Positions 19,562 through 29,344 of a stretch of 39,315 bases of DNA are shown in pieces. The stretch covers positions 1 through 39,315 of the forward strand of contig CAZSNJ010000003.1 in assembly GCA_964608525.1 (NCBI GenBank), in the 5' to 3' direction. The position numbers were made by a program, and so were the translations under genes. The stretch's first letter is position 1. The number at the start of each line of letters is the position of its first letter. The stretch comes from Candidatus Woesearchaeota archaeon. GTDB lineage: Archaea > Nanobdellota > Nanobdellia > Pacearchaeales > GW2011-AR1. The notes beneath the pieces are model-generated. The model was given only the letters and a program-made list of their open reading frames with translations, was not told the DNA's origin and did no database searches.

Positions 19562-19921
19562 ATGACAGAACATAAACAAGTATACAAATGCGAAGTATGT
19601 GGAATGATTGTTGAAGTTAATCATCCAGCTGGAGGAACTTTAGCTTGTTGCAATCAAAACATGAAATTACTCGAAGAAAACTCTAGTGATGCTGCAACAG
19701 AAAAACATATTCCAATTATTGTTGGAAATAAAGTAAAAGTTGGATCAATTGAACACCCAATGGAAAATGAACATTATATTGAATGGATTGAAGCAACAGA
19801 TGGGAAAAATATTTCAAAAGTATTTCTAAAATCAGGAGATAAGCCAGTTGCAGAGTTTTCTTTTGAAATTACAAGTGCAAGAGCTTATTGTAATTTACAT
19901 GGACTTTGGAAAAGTGAATAA
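19562..19921 (+). CDS. dfx: desulfoferrodoxin (2Fe superoxide reductase)
   Basis: CEVC...CC centre I; EKH, HPM, HYIEW, CNLHG centre II. Confidence 0.93.
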   Translation: MTEHKQVYKCEVCGMIVEVNHPAGGTLACCNQNMKLLEENSSDAATEKHIPIIVGNKVKVGSIEHPMENEHYIEWIEATDGKNISKVFLKSGDKPVAEFSFEITSARAYCNLHGLWKSE

Positions 19922-20953
19922 TTATTTTACCATGGAAGAAGACATAAAAGAATATTTATATATCTGATAGGCAAAAAGAATTTCATAATTTCTTATATAA
20001 TCTTCAAATGATTTTTTAATATCTTTAACAAAATCATATATTCTTTCTTGTTCCCTATTAATAACATATAATAAATAATCCCAATTACCAAGAATTTCTG
20101 TTGCCCATAAAACTGAATTATTATATTTTAAATAATGATGAAATCTTTTCTTCTCTTTTTCATCCATCCTATTCACTTTAATTAATACTGATTTTACAGA
20201 AAGATTAAGTATGGAATAATCAATAACAGGTCTAAATTGCAATATATATCCTCCTCTTACTAAATTTTTTATTCTATAAGAAACAGAATCTTTTGTAAGA
20301 CCTACTCTTCTTCCAATTGAACCAAGACTAATTTGTGCATCTTGAGAAAGTGAGAATAATATCATTTTATCCTTAAAATCAACATCATAATCTTTTTTCT
20401 TTAATTCAAATTGTTTTAAAAAAGAAGTATCATTTTTTATATTTTTTAATACGGGAATCTTGTCTGGTAAAAACCCTGGAAGAATACTAGCCTTAATATT
20501 TTCAATTAACAAACAAGGAAAATAATATCCTACTTTTAATCCCTCTGTTAAAAACTCAAAAACAGATTTAGCTTCTTCAGGAGTCTTAGCAATTATTGAT
20601 AATTCATAGTTTAAATTTCCACTATAAGTAAGTAAGGTATTTACATATTCATTAGAAAGACATCTTTTTATAAATTCTTTTTCAGAATCATTTGTATTTA
20701 TGCTCAAAAAGAAATGGTATGAATGATATCCTAATTTTTTTATATTAATAACAGTACGAGAACCTGCAATTAAATGACTTTTCTCCATAGACTTAATCCT
20801 ATATTCTGTTGATTGTCTGGATAAATTTAAAACACGGGCAATTTTAGATGTAGGAAGACGAATATTATGACATAAAAGAGAAAGTATCTTTTTATCATTA
20901 TTATGAAATAAAACTGGTGTTTTCTTATTAATTCCTACTTTTAATACCTTCAT
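19922..20953 (-). CDS. tandem Lrp/AsnC transcriptional regulator
   Basis: Two HTH-AsnC repeats (DKKIL..L...R.P...IA...LSRQ..EYRI; DKMIL..L..DA....IG..VGL....YRI); start taken at ATG 20953. Confidence 0.8.
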   Translation of the reverse strand: MKVLKVGINKKTPVLFHNNDKKILSLLCHNIRLPTSKIARVLNLSRQSTEYRIKSMEKSHLIAGSRTVINIKKLGYHSYHFFLSINTNDSEKEFIKRCLSNEYVNTLLTYSGNLNYELSIIAKTPEEAKSVFEFLTEGLKVGYYFPCLLIENIKASILPGFLPDKIPVLKNIKNDTSFLKQFELKKKDYDVDFKDKMILFSLSQDAQISLGSIGRRVGLTKDSVSYRIKNLVRGGYILQFRPVIDYSILNLSVKSVLIKVNRMDEKEKKRFHHYLKYNNSVLWATEILGNWDYLLYVINREQERIYDFVKDIKKSFEDYIRNYEILFAYQIYKYSFMSSSMVK

Positions 20954-21044
20954 ATAGTAAATACGAGTAATTAGTTTAAATATTTTATCCTTTTTACTAA
21001 AAATCAGATTAAACATTTATATATTATAAATTATTCTAATTATC

Positions 21045-21974
21045 ATGAAAATAAAATTTCAAGGATGCAGAGGATCAATAGCGTCTCCATCAGGGATTGG
21101 CATTGATAATAAAACATTTAGTACAAATGAATTTGGAGGAAATACGTCTTGTCTTTATATAAAAACAGAAAAAGATAAAAGGCTTATATTTGATGCTGGA
21201 ACAGGAATAAGACCATTAGGAATGGAATTTATGGCTAATGGATATAAACAATCAAATAGAGAAATAGAATTATTTATTACTCATCGTCATTGGGACCATC
21301 TTCAGGGCCTTCCTTTTTTTATACCAGCACATTCTTCTGAAAACAATATTAATGTATATTGAGTAAAAAATATTAAGAAAAGTCTCTCAGATCAACAAAG
21401 CTCACCAAACTTTCCTGTTTTATTAAAAGATATGAAAGGCCTTAAAAAGTTCACTAACTTTGTTCCAGGAAGTACTATCTATAATGATTCAAATTTAACA
21501 ATAGAAACTCACAATTTAAACCATCCTGGAGGATGTGTATCATATAAAATTACAGAAAAATACCCTGGTAAAAAGAATAAAATTGTTGTATTTGCTACTG
21601 ATTTTGAACCGGATGGTGGAACACAGGATAGAGAATTAATTAAATGGTGGAAAGGAGCACATATTATTATCGCAGATGGCCAATATGACTTACCAGAATC
21701 TAAAGAGAAAAAAGGATGGGGACATTCAAATCCTTTTACAAATGTGGATCTTGCAATAAAAGCAGGAGGAGTTGGAGAAATAATTATGACTCATCATGAT
21801 CCAAATTCGAGTGATAAATACTTAAATGCTTTAGAAGATAGAGTAGTAAAATATGCTAAAAAAGAAGACCCTAATTTAAAAGTTAGTTTCGCAAGAGAAG
21901 GAAAGAGCTTTGAATTAACAGATGGATTAAGTAGACAAGAACTGCAAGATGCTTTTAAATATTTAGCTGCATAA
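21045..21974 (+). pseudogene. MBL-fold metallo-hydrolase (bacterial PhnP/phosphodiesterase-like) interrupted by one in-frame TGA at 21360-21362
   Basis: Both track ORFs share a frame; reading through gives 309 aa with GCRGS, GGNTSC, DAGTG, THRHWDH, HPGG, ATD, GWGHS, THHDP. Confidence 0.85.
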
Positions 21975-22021
21975 AATAATAAAACCTCTAAACTTAAAAA
22001 CATTTCTTCATTAATTCTTTT

Positions 22022-23713
22022 ATGAGATATCAAAAACTAGCAGAGCTTTATGAAAAACTTTCATCTACAACTAAACGACTTGAGAAAACTGAAATTTTAT
22101 CTTTATTTCTAAAAGAACTATCTCTAAAAAATAAGGATGTTTTATATTTATTGCTTGGAAATATTTATCCAGAACATAGTGAAAAAAAAATAGGGATAAG
22201 TAATCAATTAACAATAAAAGCAATTTCAAGGGCAACAGGAACTCCTGATACAAAAATAATTCAAGAATGGAAATCAATAGGAGATTTAGGAAAAGTTGCT
22301 GAAAAATTAACACAAGATAAAAAACAATCAACTCTCCACTCACATACCTTAACAACTGAAAAAGTAATAAATAATCTAAGGAAACTCACAAGTTTTGTTG
22401 GAATTGGAACTGTTGGGAAAAAACTTTCATTAATAACTGAATTATTAACTTCTGCACAACCTTTAGAGGCCTTATATTTAGTAAGAATCTTGCTTGGAGA
22501 TTTAAGAATTGGATTAAAAGAAAGTACAATAAGAGAATCTATCTCCTCTGCATTTTTTAACAAAGATAAAAAAGCATCTAAAATAATACAAGAGGCAATA
22601 GATAAATCAAATGATATTTCAAGTGTATTTGAAATTGCAAAAAAAGGAAAATTAAAAGATCTTGAAAAGATATCTCTTGTTGTTGGGAAACCAATAAAAG
22701 TAATGCTTGCGCAAAAAGTTTCATCTATAAAAGATGGATTCAAAGCACTTGGAGAAAATGTTGGAATAGAATATAAGTATGATGGATTTAGACTACTAAT
22801 TCATAAAAAAGGAAAAGAAATAAAATTATTTACAAGACGTTTAGAAAATGTAACAAAGCAATTCCCAGAAGTTGTTATATATGTAAAGGAATATGTAAAA
22901 GGAGATTCATTCATATTAGATACTGAAGCAGTGGGATTTGATCAAAAAACAAAAGAATACAAACCATTTCAAGAAGTAAGTCAGAGAATTAAAAGAAAAT
23001 ATAATATAGAGGAATTACAAAAGAAATTACCAATTGAAATAAATGTTTTTGATATTATTTATTATAATGGAAAATCTCAACTAAATGAACCATTTAGGAG
23101 AAGAACTGCATTAATAAAAAAAATCATCCAAAATCATCCAAAAAAAATAGTATTTTCAAAACAAATTATAACAAGTAATCTAAAAGAAGCAGAAGAATTC
23201 TATAAAAAATCAATAGAAGATAATCAAGAGGGGATAATGATGAAAAATTTAGATACAATATATCAACCTGGAAGCAGAGTGGGACATATGTTAAAAATTA
23301 AACCTGAAGTTAGAGATTTAGATTTAGTGATAACTGGCGCAGAATATGGAACAGGAAAACGCTCTGGATGGCTAACAAGCTTTATTCTTTCTTGCATGAA
23401 TAAGGATAAATTTTTAGAAATTGGAAAAGTTGGAACAGGAATAAAAGAAAAATCAGAATTGGGCATTTCTTTTGGAGAACTAACAAAAAAAATAAAACCA
23501 TTAATAATTAAAGAAGAAGGAAGACAAGTTAAAATAAAACCAAAAATTGTTGTAACAATTACATATCAAGAAATTCAAAGATCTCCAAACTATTCTTCTG
23601 GATTTGCATTACGTTTTCCAAGATTTACTGCTTTAAGACCAGATAGAAATGCAGAAGACATCGCAACTCTTGAAGAAGTTAAAAAAGATTATGAAAAGCA
23701 GAAAAGAAATTAA
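22022..23713 (+). CDS. lig: ATP-dependent DNA ligase
   Basis: EYKYDGFR, EGIMMK, KIK, ALRFPR motifs. Confidence 0.96.
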   Translation: MRYQKLAELYEKLSSTTKRLEKTEILSLFLKELSLKNKDVLYLLLGNIYPEHSEKKIGISNQLTIKAISRATGTPDTKIIQEWKSIGDLGKVAEKLTQDKKQSTLHSHTLTTEKVINNLRKLTSFVGIGTVGKKLSLITELLTSAQPLEALYLVRILLGDLRIGLKESTIRESISSAFFNKDKKASKIIQEAIDKSNDISSVFEIAKKGKLKDLEKISLVVGKPIKVMLAQKVSSIKDGFKALGENVGIEYKYDGFRLLIHKKGKEIKLFTRRLENVTKQFPEVVIYVKEYVKGDSFILDTEAVGFDQKTKEYKPFQEVSQRIKRKYNIEELQKKLPIEINVFDIIYYNGKSQLNEPFRRRTALIKKIIQNHPKKIVFSKQIITSNLKEAEEFYKKSIEDNQEGIMMKNLDTIYQPGSRVGHMLKIKPEVRDLDLVITGAEYGTGKRSGWLTSFILSCMNKDKFLEIGKVGTGIKEKSELGISFGELTKKIKPLIIKEEGRQVKIKPKIVVTITYQEIQRSPNYSSGFALRFPRFTALRPDRNAEDIATLEEVKKDYEKQKRN

Positions 23714-23776
23714 GTCATAAATAAATCCTCTTCGACACCTTTATAAAGACTTTTTCATGTAATTTATTATTTAAAA

Positions 23777-24337
23777 ATGGCTAAATCAAAAAGCAATTAT
23801 AAAATACAAAATATTGTTGCAACAGCTTCTTTAGAAAAACCAGTTCCACTAACAAAACTTGCAAGAACTCAACCAAATACAGAATATAATCCTAAAACAT
23901 TTCCAGGACTTGTTTTAAGAGTTAAAGAACCAAAATCAGCAGTTTTAGTTTTTTCTTCTGGAAATTTAGTATGTACTGGAACAAAATCAACTGCCCAAGT
24001 TAAACAAGTAATAGATGTTGTAATAAAACAATTAAAAAAAATCAATGTTAAAGTTACAATAAAACCTAAAATAACAGTTCAAAATATTGTTGCATCAGGA
24101 ACAATTAATCTAAAGCTTAATTTAAACTTTTTAGCATTAGAAATGGAAAATACAGAATATGAACCAGAACAATTTCCTGGACTCGTATACAAGTTAATAG
24201 AGCCAAATGCTACTTTTTTACTCTTCAGTAATGGAAAACTAGTATGTACTGGTACAAAAAACAAACAACAGCTCGAATATAGTATGAAACAACTTCTAAA
24301 AAATGTTAAAATTGCACTGAAGAATTATAAATCTTAA
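23777..24337 (+). CDS. tbp: TATA-box binding protein
   Basis: Two repeats: QNIVA, EY.P..FPGLV, FSSG/FSNG..VCTG. Confidence 0.97.
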   Translation: MAKSKSNYKIQNIVATASLEKPVPLTKLARTQPNTEYNPKTFPGLVLRVKEPKSAVLVFSSGNLVCTGTKSTAQVKQVIDVVIKQLKKINVKVTIKPKITVQNIVASGTINLKLNLNFLALEMENTEYEPEQFPGLVYKLIEPNATFLLFSNGKLVCTGTKNKQQLEYSMKQLLKNVKIALKNYKS

Positions 24338-24417
24338 CTACTCAATAATAATTCTTAGTTTCTAAAACCACTTAATAATATACATAAAATTATAAAAAGA
24401 GACTTTTTTATTTCTTA

Positions 24418-27400
24418 ATGATGGTTGAAGCAGGTAAATTAAAAAGCGGAGAATTGACAATTGAGGCGAAAAATTTTTTTAATTTTCACAAAAAAGAATT
24501 GGGAGAATCAATACGTAAAGGAAACAATGTAATATACATTGATTTTATGAAACTTACTGAATTTTCAAATAAACTTTCAGATGAGATACTAACAAACCCT
24601 GAAGAAACACTAAGAATTATAGAACTAGCAATGGAAGAATCAGGATTGATTAGTAATGTAAGAATAAGACTGACTAACTTACCAGAAACACAACAAATAA
24701 AAATTAGAAATATACGTTCAAAACATCTTAATGAATTAATTATTATTGAAGGGATTATAAGACAATCATCAGATGTAAGACCTCAAGTTGTAAATGCAAA
24801 ATTTGAATGTCCTAGTTGTGGAACAATTATTAGTGTTTTACAAATTGAAAAAAAATTTAGAGAACCTTCAAATTGTTCTTGTGGAAGAAGAGGAGGATTT
24901 AAATTAATAAGTAAGGAAATGGTTGATACTCAAAGAGTTGTAATTGAAGAATCCCCAGAATCATTAATTGGCGGAGAGCAACCAAAAAGAATTAATACTT
25001 TTGTAAAAGAAGATTTAGTTGAACCTAAAATGGAAGAAAAAACAACTCCTGGAAGTAGAGTGAAAGTAATAGGCATATTAAAAGAAGTTCCTGTTCCATT
25101 AAATACAGGTGGACTTTCAACAAGATTTGAATTAGCAGTTGAAGTTAATAATTTAATTGCATTAGAAGAAACTTTTGAAGAATTAGACATAAATGAAGAA
25201 GATGAAAGACAAATTCTAGAACTTTCACAAGATCCTGAAATTTTTGACAAGTTCTCCGGAAGTATTACGCCAAGTGTTTGGGGTCATGAAGAAATAAAAA
25301 AATCCCTTGTATTACAATTATTCGGAGGTGTTCAAAAAATCCATACAGATGGCCAAAAAAGTAGGGGGGACATACATATTTTATTAATAGGAGATCCGGG
25401 AGTAGCAAAATCAGTAAGTCTGACCTTTATGGCGAATATTTCTCCTAAGGGGCGTTATGTTGTTGGCAAAAGTGCAAGTGGTGCAGGCCTTACTGCAACA
25501 GTTGTAAGAGATGAATATCTTCGTGGATGGAGTTTAGAGGCTGGTGCAATGGTTTTATCACATAAAGGGTTAGTTTGTATAGATGAACTAGAAAAAATGG
25601 ATCCTGGAGATAGAAGCGCAATGCATGAAGCAATGGAGCAACAATGCATGTTACCTGACTTTAAATTAATGCTAAGTAATGGTTCTTATGTTAATATTGG
25701 AAGATTTGTAGATGATTTAATTAAAAAAAATAAATCAAAAGTTCATAAAGGAAAAAATTGTCAAATACTTCCTATAGAAAATATAGGATTATTATCAACT
25801 GATTTTAGTAACCATTTTCCTACAGAAGCTTCAAGAGTTAGTAGGCATATTGCACCAAAAGAATTTATAAAGGTAGTTCTAACAAATGGTAGAGAAATTA
25901 TAGTTACCCCTGAACATCCTTGTTGGATTGTTAAAAACGGAAAAATTAACACACTTCCTGCTGAACAATTGAAAAAAAGTATGTATTTTCCAATTCCCTC
26001 TGAAATAAATATAAAACCTAGTGAATATAAGAAAAAAAATGATTATCTTTGTAAAGTTCTTGGATACCACATAAGTGATGGGTGTTATGAATTAAATAGG
26101 GGTAAAAAGACAGGTATACAATTTTGGAATAATAATGAATATCTTATTAATGATTATGTTAATGCAATAAAGAATTATTTTAATTTGACTCCAATTATCA
26201 CCAAAAGAAATAATCAGTATGCTGCGAGAGTTATTTCAAAAAAAGTAGTTGAACACTTTAAAAAATTAGATGAGAATTTACTCGAAAAAGGAGAAATTAA
26301 AAAGATTCCTGAAGGAATAATGCAACTACCTAAGGAAAATCTCAAGTATCTGTTAAGGGCTTTATATGATGGGGATGGTTCTGTGAGTTTCCAAAAAAGA
26401 AATGGGTGCAGAATTTCATTTGTATCTCAAAACAGGATATTAACAGAACAAATATCGGACTTACTATTAAGATTCAAAATACAATCATCTATTTTTAGAG
26501 ATAACTATTCAAAAATCTGGAGACTTGATATCTCTGGACAAGAAAATCTCAAAGAATTTTTATTGAACATCAGCTTCTTATCAAAACATAAAAAACAGAG
26601 ATTAAGAGATTATCATGAAAAAAATAAAACATATAGAACAATCAAAGACATTATTCCTGGATGCACAAATAAAATAAATGAAATATTTAGAAAATTAAAA
26701 ATTCCTCAAAAAAAAATATTGGGACATCAAATTGATCTGGGTGTAGAAAAACACAGACTCTTTTTACAAAAATTAGTACTCATTGCTCAGGAAAAATTAG
26801 AAAAAAATATTAAAGAAAATCCACCTTTACTTTCAGAATATAGTCAAATAATCAACGAGCTTGAAGAAATAAAAAAATTAGCATTTGGATATGCAAGATG
26901 GATGAAAATAAAAAAAATTTCTAGAGTTAAGAATAAAGACATCAAATGGGTATATGATGTGACAATTGAACCTTATCACACATTTATCTCAAATGGAATG
27001 ATTTTACATAATACAATTACAATTTCTAAAGCAAATGTTCAAGCACAACTCAGAGCACAAACATCTGTTCTTGCAGCAGCAAACCCTAAATTTGGAAGAT
27101 TTGATCCTTATCAATCAATTGCACAACAAATTGATTTACCTCCAACATTGATTAATAGATTTGATGTTATATTTACTCTAAGAGACATACCAAGCAAAGA
27201 AAAAGATGCTAAAATTGCAAGTCATGTTTTAGATGAGCATAAAAAAGAAGGGAAAGATATGATAATTCCAAGAGATATTTTTAGAAAATATGTGGCTTAC
27301 GCAAAACAAAAAGTAAATCCTTATCTTAGTGAAGAAGCTGTATCTGAAATAAAAAAATTCTATGTTGATTTAAGAAATAGGCCTGTTTTATCAGAAAGTG

Positions 27401-27810
27401 CAATGAGACCAATTCCAATTTCTGCAAGACAATTACAAGCATTAATAAGAATGTCAGAAGCTTCAGCTAAATTAAGACTTAGCAATACTGTTTCAAAAGA
27501 AGATTCAATAAGAGCAATAGAAATAATAAAATATTATTTAATGCAAGTAGGTTATGATTATGAATCAAAAACTTTTGATATTGATAAAGTATCTGGGAAG
27601 TTTTCATCTTCACAAAGAAATAAGATAATTACAGTAAGAGATACAATAATTAATCTAGAAGGACGTTTAGGAAAGATGATTCCTGTTGAAGAAATTGAAA
27701 AAGAGCTTGAAGGAAAATTAACTAAAGAGGAAATCGAAGAATCAATAAATAAACTAAGTAGTTCTGGAGAGATTTTTAAACCAAGAAGAGGTTATATTCA
27801 AAAGATGTAA
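24418..27810 (+). CDS. mcm: MCM replicative helicase containing one intein
   Basis: C4 Zn finger, GDPGVAKS, IDELEKM, AAANP, RFD arginine finger, SARQL. Confidence 0.96.
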   Translation: MMVEAGKLKSGELTIEAKNFFNFHKKELGESIRKGNNVIYIDFMKLTEFSNKLSDEILTNPEETLRIIELAMEESGLISNVRIRLTNLPETQQIKIRNIRSKHLNELIIIEGIIRQSSDVRPQVVNAKFECPSCGTIISVLQIEKKFREPSNCSCGRRGGFKLISKEMVDTQRVVIEESPESLIGGEQPKRINTFVKEDLVEPKMEEKTTPGSRVKVIGILKEVPVPLNTGGLSTRFELAVEVNNLIALEETFEELDINEEDERQILELSQDPEIFDKFSGSITPSVWGHEEIKKSLVLQLFGGVQKIHTDGQKSRGDIHILLIGDPGVAKSVSLTFMANISPKGRYVVGKSASGAGLTATVVRDEYLRGWSLEAGAMVLSHKGLVCIDELEKMDPGDRSAMHEAMEQQCMLPDFKLMLSNGSYVNIGRFVDDLIKKNKSKVHKGKNCQILPIENIGLLSTDFSNHFPTEASRVSRHIAPKEFIKVVLTNGREIIVTPEHPCWIVKNGKINTLPAEQLKKSMYFPIPSEINIKPSEYKKKNDYLCKVLGYHISDGCYELNRGKKTGIQFWNNNEYLINDYVNAIKNYFNLTPIITKRNNQYAARVISKKVVEHFKKLDENLLEKGEIKKIPEGIMQLPKENLKYLLRALYDGDGSVSFQKRNGCRISFVSQNRILTEQISDLLLRFKIQSSIFRDNYSKIWRLDISGQENLKEFLLNISFLSKHKKQRLRDYHEKNKTYRTIKDIIPGCTNKINEIFRKLKIPQKKILGHQIDLGVEKHRLFLQKLVLIAQEKLEKNIKENPPLLSEYSQIINELEEIKKLAFGYARWMKIKKISRVKNKDIKWVYDVTIEPYHTFISNGMILHNTITISKANVQAQLRAQTSVLAAANPKFGRFDPYQSIAQQIDLPPTLINRFDVIFTLRDIPSKEKDAKIASHVLDEHKKEGKDMIIPRDIFRKYVAYAKQKVNPYLSEEAVSEIKKFYVDLRNRPVLSESAMRPIPISARQLQALIRMSEASAKLRLSNTVSKEDSIRAIEIIKYYLMQVGYDYESKTFDIDKVSGKFSSSQRNKIITVRDTIINLEGRLGKMIPVEEIEKELEGKLTKEEIEESINKLSSSGEIFKPRRGYIQKM
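25645..27012 (+). mobile_element. 456-aa intein with LAGLIDADG homing endonuclease in MCM (MEQQ|T site)
   Basis: Starts CMLPD; block B VTPEHP; LGYHISDG and LRALYDGDG; ends VYDVTIEPYHTFISNGMILHN followed by Thr+1; removal restores AMEQQTITISKA. Confidence 0.95.
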
Positions 27811-27811
27811 A

Positions 27812-28155
27812 ATGGAAACACTTCAAGAACAGAGGGAAAATTTTAAGGAGATAATGACAACAACTACCCAATATAGAACAAGTGAAAATGAAGCATGCGG
27901 GAATTTTAGTTTTTTTCAATATAAAAAAAATCCAAACTACAAAAGATGTTTATTAGATGAATACAGAACAGGTTTTGGAAGTAAAGGAGGAAAACTCTTA
28001 TTAACTCAGGAAGAAGCAAAAAAATATGTAAATTTTTTAATCCATCAATAAAAACAAAATGCAATTATTTTATAAACAATCATAAATATGAAAAAATAAG
28101 AAAACTTGAAAAAGAATTGAAAAAATTAAAAGAAGAAAACAATAAAAATGCCTGA
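27812..28155 (+). CDS. hypothetical protein, apparently -1 frameshifted at T-run 28033-28038
   Basis: Frame 0 stops at 28051; the -1 frame runs NPSIKTKCNYF...ELKKLKEENNKNA to TGA 28153-28155, overlapping the next ATG. Confidence 0.5.
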
Positions 28156-28774
28156 ACAACAATTTAAAAGAAATATAGCATATAAATTTAGAATTGGAGA
28201 TATATTAATTGGAAAACCGATATTTGATGAAGAGAAATTTTCTTTTTTAGAACTAGGAAATAAAAAAATAGTTAGAGTAAATATAATTGGAAATATTGTA
28301 GATAGATATGATAGTGAAGGTGAAAAAAAATATTCTTTTTTAACATTGGATGATGGTTCAGGACAAATAAAATTAAAATCATTTGGAGAGGATATTGAAA
28401 AATCTAAAAATATAAATCAAGGGGAAACAGTAATTATTATTGGTGTTTTAAGATATTTTAATAATGAATTATATATTTCTCCTGAAATAATTAAAGAACA
28501 AGATCCAAAATACTTGCTTGTTAGAAAATTAGAACTTGAAAAGGAAAGATCAAAAAATTCTCCTCCTATTGAAAAACAACAAATAATTGCAATAAAAGAT
28601 AAAATATTAGATTTAGTGAAAAATTCTGAAAGTGAAGGAGGAATTGATACAGATAAAATAATTATGGATTTAAAAGAAACTTCTCCTGAAATGATTAATC
28701 AGGAAATTAAAAAACTTATTGAAGATGGAATAATTTTTGAGCCTCGTCCTGGAAAAGTTAGATGGTTGGGGTAA
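28148..28774 (+). CDS. RPA2/RPA32-like OB-fold ssDNA-binding protein with C-terminal winged helix
   Basis: RVNIIG.IV, LDDGSG OB-fold; C-terminal G.IFEPRPG. Confidence 0.82.
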   Translation: MPEQQFKRNIAYKFRIGDILIGKPIFDEEKFSFLELGNKKIVRVNIIGNIVDRYDSEGEKKYSFLTLDDGSGQIKLKSFGEDIEKSKNINQGETVIIIGVLRYFNNELYISPEIIKEQDPKYLLVRKLELEKERSKNSPPIEKQQIIAIKDKILDLVKNSESEGGIDTDKIIMDLKETSPEMINQEIKKLIEDGIIFEPRPGKVRWLG

Positions 28775-28775
28775 G

Positions 28776-29294
28776 TTATTTTTTCTTCTTATTAAACCAA
28801 TGAGCAAACCAAATTAAAGCAACTAATCCGACTAATGAAAGAATAAATCTAAATATATCTCCAGCATATCTCCAATATCCTCCAGCACCATAAAGAAGTG
28901 TTCCTACTCCTCCACCCATTAAACCTGCACCAACAGAATCTAATCTAAAAAAATATGCTCCAAGAACAATTATTAAAATTCCCAAGGGAATAGAAATAAT
29001 TAAAACATTTTTGGAATATTTTTCGCGAGAATCTTCATAATCTTTCCGACATTCATAATCTCTATCACAATATCCTTTAGGACAAGGTGTTGTTACACAT
29101 CTAATATCTTGAGATGTCCATTTTCCATTAATCTCTTCACATCTTTCTTGAGTTTCAATTATTTCTTGTGTTTTAAATTCTTCACAAAAATCAGTATATT
29201 CTGGTTTATTATAGAAAGTATTAACTCCATAAACAACAACAGAAATTGTTAAAATTATAATTGCAATACCTATAATAATATCCTTTATTCCCAT
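28776..29294 (-). CDS. membrane protein with Cys-rich extracellular loop
   Basis: About 4 TM helices; CEEINGKW, CVTTPCPKGYC; start refined to ATG 29294 by TATA spacing. Confidence 0.75.
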   Translation of the reverse strand: MGIKDIIIGIAIIILTISVVVYGVNTFYNKPEYTDFCEEFKTQEIIETQERCEEINGKWTSQDIRCVTTPCPKGYCDRDYECRKDYEDSREKYSKNVLIISIPLGILIIVLGAYFFRLDSVGAGLMGGGVGTLLYGAGGYWRYAGDIFRFILSLVGLVALIWFAHWFNKKKK

Positions 29295-29315
29295 ATTTTC
29301 TAAAAACATAAAACA

Positions 29316-29323
29316 TTTATAAA
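29316..29323. promoter_or_regulatory. palindromic TATA box TTTATAAA shared by divergent genes
   Basis: Exactly 21 nt from ATG 29294 (-) and 21 nt from ATG 29345 (+). Confidence 0.65.
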
Positions 29324-29344
29324 CTATGGCTTTTCTACTAAATT

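Noticed and set aside
21360-21362. Genome-wide UGA reassignment or selenocysteine
   Set aside because: TGA terminates radB, valS, nac and minD at their expected ends; the site corresponds to Gly rather than Cys, and no SECIS-like element was seen.
21432-21974. Independent 180-aa gene as listed in the ORF track
   Set aside because: It is the in-frame C-terminal half of the MBL gene starting at 21045.
23777-24337. Direct DNA repeats (CAAAATATTGTTGC; TAGTATGTACTGG)
   Set aside because: Explained by the known internal duplication of TBP.
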